From NCBI GenBank assembly GCA_002256025.1, contig NKIB01015198.1, positions 1 to 37,739 on the forward strand: DNA of 37,739 bases, given 5' to 3'. Origin of the DNA: Asterionella formosa. Lineage: Eukaryota. This document shows positions 32,102 through 37,739 of the stretch, one piece after another. How positions within the stretch are numbered: the first letter of the stretch is position 1; each line of letters starts with the position of its first letter. Both the position numbers and the translations under genes were made by a program. Under the pieces are notes generated by a model. It had not been told where the DNA came from. It saw only the letters and a list, made by a program, of their open reading frames with translations, and ran no database searches.

Positions 32102-35100
32102 AAAATATCTAAATTGCTTCAAAAATATCATAAATTAAAAACAGATATGGATAAATGATAATTGATGGAGATAAGGAGAATCAGAAGTGGGAACCAATCA
32201 TTACCAAATGGTGTGGCTGTATACCATATAATTCAGAGTCCTGGCCTCCCCCTGAGGTTGCTGTATACCTGGAAATTGAAAACACATTTTATGTTACTAC
32301 ATTTTCAAGTGTACCAGGAGCCTATACTAGGTGAGGCTACGTAGCGCTCTGGTTGAACATTACCTCCTACCCACCATAGTGAATACCCCGCCCATCCCCC
32401 AGGAAACGACAATGATGGAAAACACTTTGAATGTTGCAGCTACAGCATCGTTTAGCAAAGCATCGAACACAGACGGAATGGCAACAACCAATCATAAAAC
32501 TATTGATTTTGAAATAGAATACATGCTGCTCATGAATGAACCCCTATTTGAAACAAACTACAATTACTATGCTGTCGAAATGATTCTCACAAACAATGCA
32601 ACAGCCAGAGCCATATAAACCGACTAAGGGCACAATGCACAACTCAAGGCAATCCAAGGCAGCGGTCATTAGCATTAACAACAACAACAACAGTCGGAGT
32701 CACAGATACAATCCATCACCCATGGGCACATCATTGCCCTCCTCCCTAAAATTTATCATATTCCCCCGTGTCTATCCAGGCGCAAGTGCGATTATTAGTT
32801 TAATTTTAACGTACTTTAAAAATTGATTTATCTCTCTATTGTTTCTACTATATTCCTGCATTAAAATTCCCATGTAGGATGATAAACCAGCTAAAGTAAT
32901 GTGGTTTGCTTCATCATCCTCACCAGTCTTCACTCCGGTTCTTGCAACAACGATGAAACAGCCATGTCAAGAGGAATGATTGCCTGTGATAACATCTTCA
33001 ATTGTTGTTCAAGTCATCATATGTCTTTGATAAATCATCATCTACAGTACACAGTATGTTTCTAAGAAGTAATCCGTTAAGAGCTTAAAAAGACCCGGAG
33101 CATCGAACAGCTTTACAACCTCAATCAAGTCATAAACAACTTTTATTATAGAACAGCACATTCTAATTCTACTTAGTATCTCTAATTAGAGCATGCTACA
33201 TCTAAAATTGAAAGATAGCGTAGCAGGAGACACGCACAAAGAAGCAAGAGACTGTCTATATACCGGTAGTAACAGAGTAATTCTGATTATACAATTTTCA
33301 TGCCTCATCAGATTTCCTTTGTCATTGTACTAGTTCTTTGCCTTTGACAACAGGAGTGTATCTTTGATGTATCTGTTTTATTCCCTTGCTACCGACCGTT
33401 TCGTGTTTTCCCTGCCTGCTTCAAAACACCACTTGAATCAATCAATGCAATGGGTTCGCTGTTCCATTGTTGTTCCTTTTTGTAGATCTGGCTGCTGTAC
33501 AATACTTGCTTCCAGTCTTCTTGACCGATCCCTTATTGCAATCTTATTCTTCGTCGCATGTTTTAGCATTTTTGATGTTGTTCTTGTATTCTGCTGTTGT
33601 CATTGTTGAACTTGCCCATATCTTTGTTGTCACTAATGGGTAGAGTGGCTGTCATCATGGTGGCGTATGATTGCTTCTGGAAAACCCGGTAGCCGTATAC
33701 TCATGCATAGAACTGTGTGTGTGTTTTTTCTCGAAGTCTGCATTAGACACTGTACTCTAGGGAATTCTCCAACCGGTCTATACTGTTAGTGCTTATAAAA
33801 AATGTCAATTAAATTTATAGCATAATAAAGCTATCCAATAATTGCACTCGGGCCCACCATATAGATGGACACAATTATTACCGGTTTTATTCGTCCGTAT
33901 GGTACAAGGGGACCTGTCTTTTCGTCAGCCGCACACCCTGGAACCCTAGGGACTACATGAAAAAGAAAGGTGGAAAATGCAGGAATCGATCATACTAATC
34001 AAAGTACAATGATTTTGTCGTAAAAGTATTAGTATTGTGTAATGCTTTCAATTTAAAAGATTGAACTTGATGCATCAATTCTTAATTTTCTGGAAGTTTT
34101 TCTGGTTTCTACTCACTACATTTCTCATCAGCAAGTGCATCCTCTTTCATCCTCGTCCTGAGTACTTCATCATTACTCTTTCAGAATTCTTCGCCTTAGT
34201 ACAACCAACAGTGAAATCCAATGAATTCTGCCTATACCTTTTGCAACTGCTTGCACTTGGGATCCATTCAGGAAATCAATTCTGTTTCATTTTCTATAGC
34301 AATATTGGCGATGTTCATCACTCCTTTCCACCTTCATTTCGTTGCCATGTTAGTACCAAATTCTACTGGTGTGTCTTATCATACACTGCTCAATGTCATC
34401 CCTATTGTTTTAGAAGACACAATGGAATAAGAATTTAGTGGCCTTACAGTCCTACTAAATAAATTAAACAATCAAATTCATGCCCTGATAAGTTTCAGGA
34501 ATCAACAGATCTGTGTTTCCTATTTTTCTTCTATTTACGACAGGACCAGCACTCAAGGCCTACACGCAAACACCCAGCTTAGTCAAATCTTATTGTTCAA
34601 GATTGACTCCTCAGTATTTCCTCTTGATTCAAGGATTCTATCATTACCTAGACTTTTGGTGCTTCTTATGCATCATTGCATGAATATAATTGTTTTGATC
34701 ACCTACTGTTGCTTCCCTTGGCCTAACCAGTCACAAACACCACCAGAAAATTCCAGATACTTTTCTACCAGATATCTCTTTATTCAATGAGATGGGGTTG
34801 ATGATATGAATAACTGTCCTATCATGATGTACTGGTAGATTCATGTGTCTGTCTGTTTGTCTGTGAATGCCTTTCTCGTGAACCCTTAGCCCGAGGTAGG
34901 GTTTTAAAAAGTATTGAGTCAGAGAAGTTAAGAAAACACTTCTTACTAGTAAAATATAAATGCATATTGCGAAATGGAGCTTTCACTACCATACACCAGT
35001 CAATAAGCTTTCATAAACAGTCACTGATCAAAGTTGGTACCTGTAGGGGTATAGGTTACTTCTATATAACATCCGTAGATAGAATCTGGCTAGAAACTGC

Positions 35101-36683
35101 AGAAAGTAACTTCGTTCTTATAGTCATTTACTAGTAAGAGTCACTAAATGATTTATTTAATGCTATAGTACAATGTCCATGGCAGTTAAACGCAACTAAA
35201 TATATGTTGAATATTAAGTTTTCTACACAAATGTCTATGTGAATTTCCGAGAGATGCCAGCTCAATGATATAATATAGTTTTTGCCACTTTATGGCCAAT
35301 CGCTACTTTCCGACACATATATCTGATTATCTAAAGCACACCAAACCAAATCGACAACAAGATATGCTGTATCTGCTGGCGCAACGTCATAAAAAATTTT
35401 GTCATACTAAAAACAGTCATAACTGGAAAATTAGAAAAATCTATGTATAAACTGAGAATATCATATAGTTTTGTGGCTCAAAGCCATTTTTTACTGGTAC
35501 CACCTAAAAACTGAGAGTCATCATTATTTCTTTTTCTACTGAGAATCATCCTTAAACAGGGTTATCACCCGTTTTGGGATGAATATTAGAGATAAGTTGA
35601 TTCTGTTACAGACCAAGTTGTTTCTTCACATGTTTGGAGGAGTAATGCTCATAGTTGTAAATTGAGCTTTCGTGACCGTTCTTGCGATAAATACGTCGAA
35701 AGGTAGCTGTCGCAAAATTTTGGGTCAAAGCAGATGCCCCCATTGAGCCGGCAATGAATTTTTGACACTTAGAGGCCATTTCAGCTAATTTTATATTTTA
35801 GTGATTCTTTGTTAATTATTCAGTGTCTTTCCTTTCAATATCTATTGACTTCGATTGATTATCAATGTCAAATGGATTGCTGTTGCTCTGCCCTGTTCGC
35901 TATGCATATGTAAATACCATCAGTTTCTTTACTACTGCTATAAATCACGGCGGTGCATGATGATGAACAACGAGAAGTCGGTTGCACGAAGATTTTACAA
36001 AGTACATAAATATGTATGCACTTACTATGGAAAAAGCTTACAGGTGTATAATTATTATGCAACTGAAAAATGATATACTTTGCCAGCATTATCATGACAA
36101 CCATTGAAATAAATGAAAATTGGTGATTTTCTAACATGAAGCTTTTCTAATATTTCTCCTTTTAGTAGAATAGATTATTTGCTAGTATATTATGAAACAA
36201 ATTTCATTGTAGCTTGTAAATTCGATTAGATATAGTCTAATATGAAAATTCGGAAAACTCACAATGGCGCTCGACACTTACAATGATTTCTCGATCCCTA
36301 TTTGTTTTTTGACCAGATGCGCCATTCTAAGATATAACATAAGCAATAATTGATTAATAATTCAATATCTAGCTGTTCAAATTGTCCCTTATCATCGTCA
36401 TGCCATTGTCGATCAGCAACACTGTCATGACATGTACACAGCTTCAAAGCCAGCAAGAATTGTATGATCTATATATTTTATGACTGAGGATTGTCAAGCA
36501 ACAAGTGGTAGGCTGTCATGCAACAGACTTAATGAAAAAATTCGTATGTTTTATAGCCCACTTGTACTCCCCTTGTTCAAGGCAAATATTTCATTGTGCT
36601 ACCTGCTGACAAGACCTGTGCTTCCCTAGTTTTGTTAGCAAAGGTAAGTCCACAACCACCTTTTGCAAAAGGTGATCATCTTA

Positions 36684-36830
36684 GGGGGCAACCCACTATT
36701 TCTTGCACACCAGGCAAGACTGTGCGGGATGGTAAGGAGTTTGGGAGTCGAACCCAACAATTGCTTCTCAAAAAATTTGCGGGAATCGAACCCCACAACC
36801 CCAGATCAAAGGCAATGTGCTTAAGTCACT
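36684..36830 (-). mobile_element. tRNA-like, SINE-like dispersed repeat (copy 3, inverted)
   Basis: The reverse complement aligns to 20929-21068 with scattered substitutions. Perfect B-boxes on the minus strand: GGTTCGATTCC (36782-36792) and GGTTCGACTCC (36744-36754). Confidence 0.65.
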
Positions 36831-37325
36831 CCTTTAGACTTGATGAAATATCGCCATTTTGCATTGTTTTGACATTTCCTTGGTTAGTCGAAATAATTAC
36901 TTATGCCATCATCAAGTTGTGATACTGTTGACTCAAAGAAGGAGTCGATGACATTCTCTATTTAGTGGTTTTGAGTGCCTGGCCTGCGTCATTTTGTCCA
37001 TTTCAGCAACATGACCTCAACTGGCTACATAGTACTCTCCTATTCCTTCATCATCGTTTGCTTTGTTCCCTGTTTCACTTCAATATACTGGTATGGCTGG
37101 GTGCATGATCGAAGAACATATAGTAGCTCTAGTAGGCCTGGTACAAACCATTATTTCTAAAAATATAGCTAAATATTTTGCGCGATGAATCTCTTGTTGT
37201 TACAACCATCACCATGTTGATTGCGCTCGGTTGGTTCCCTTTGCTTCCCTTCAGTGCCTTGTGTTTTGCGATATAGTATTAGAACCGTGATCATAGCGCT
37301 GATCGGAAACCAAACCGCAAAACAG

Positions 37326-37739
37326 ATGACATCAAACTTTCAGTTGTTTGGACGATATTTTTCTTTGGTGATGGCGGAGTCATCACTACGTGGGCGCTGG
37401 ATTCCGGCCGACCTCCTCATTCACTACATGAACCAAAAATTCAACATTGGAAGCGACATGCTATTTACTACGCGAACATTGATGACATACATGAACAAGT
37501 GCTACCCTTCAATGTCCTATGATCCCAATAGAATCACCATTCCAAGTGGCACAGTGGTGGACTTCTATAGAGCCGACTGTCAAGTCAAGAGCGTCCGCTA
37601 CAACCTATTCTTCTTTTCTGACCATGGTTCTCCTGCTCCTTTGTTTCCGAAGAACAGTAATGTCGCTTCTTTTCTTAATAATAGCGTCACAAAGCGACTA
37701 TTAGGGGGTTCAAGGCAAATTCGAACTGCAGAGGTGATG
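37326..37739 (+). CDS. Hypothetical protein, 5' part only (open to the window end)
   Basis: The ATG at 37326 opens 138 stop-free codons (MTSNFQLFGRYFSLVMAESSLRGRWIPADLLIHYMNQKF...RTAEVM). It is absent from the ORF track, presumably because no stop is reached. I recognise no family. Confidence 0.5.
   Translation, partial: MTSNFQLFGRYFSLVMAESSLRGRWIPADLLIHYMNQKFNIGSDMLFTTRTLMTYMNKCYPSMSYDPNRITIPSGTVVDFYRADCQVKSVRYNLFFFSDHGSPAPLFPKNSNVASFLNNSVTKRLLGGSRQIRTAEVM

Noticed and set aside
32870..36500. Decayed coding or TE sequence in the long gene-free stretch
   Set aside because: Some purine-skewed, coding-like patches exist (33360-33610, 34060-34440), but I could not support any motif, TIR or LTR.

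Overview
This is eukaryotic nuclear DNA. A diatom or related stramenopile is my inference from the compact genes, short GT-AG introns and transposon relics; it is not proven. There are nine complete protein-coding genes: (1) a zinc finger + TruA/Pus1-like pseudouridine synthase + 2OG-Fe(II) dioxygenase fusion with a possible plastid presequence; (2) a GNAT acetyltransferase; (3) a secretory thioredoxin-fold protein lacking CxxC; (4) BET3/TRAPPC3; (5) a Pro-rich protein with a 44-aa basic helical repeat; (6) a 7-exon ATRX-like SNF2 remodeller (ADD + SNF2 + HELICc + CW finger); (7) a 2-exon Cid1/URT1-family terminal nucleotidyltransferase; (8) VPS20/CHMP6; (9) ARMC6. A further ORF runs off the right edge. 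The intergenic DNA holds two decayed DDE transposase relics, a 965-bp PIF/Harbinger-type non-autonomous element with TTA target duplication inside a CCAATACAAGG motif array, a tRNA-like (SINE-like) repeat in three copies, short tandem duplications, GGTACC/ACCGGT palindrome clusters near gene 5' ends, and a poly-G run next to an N gap. The best candidate for an undescribed system is the pseudouridine synthase-dioxygenase fusion. All family calls come from motif recognition by eye; no searches were run.
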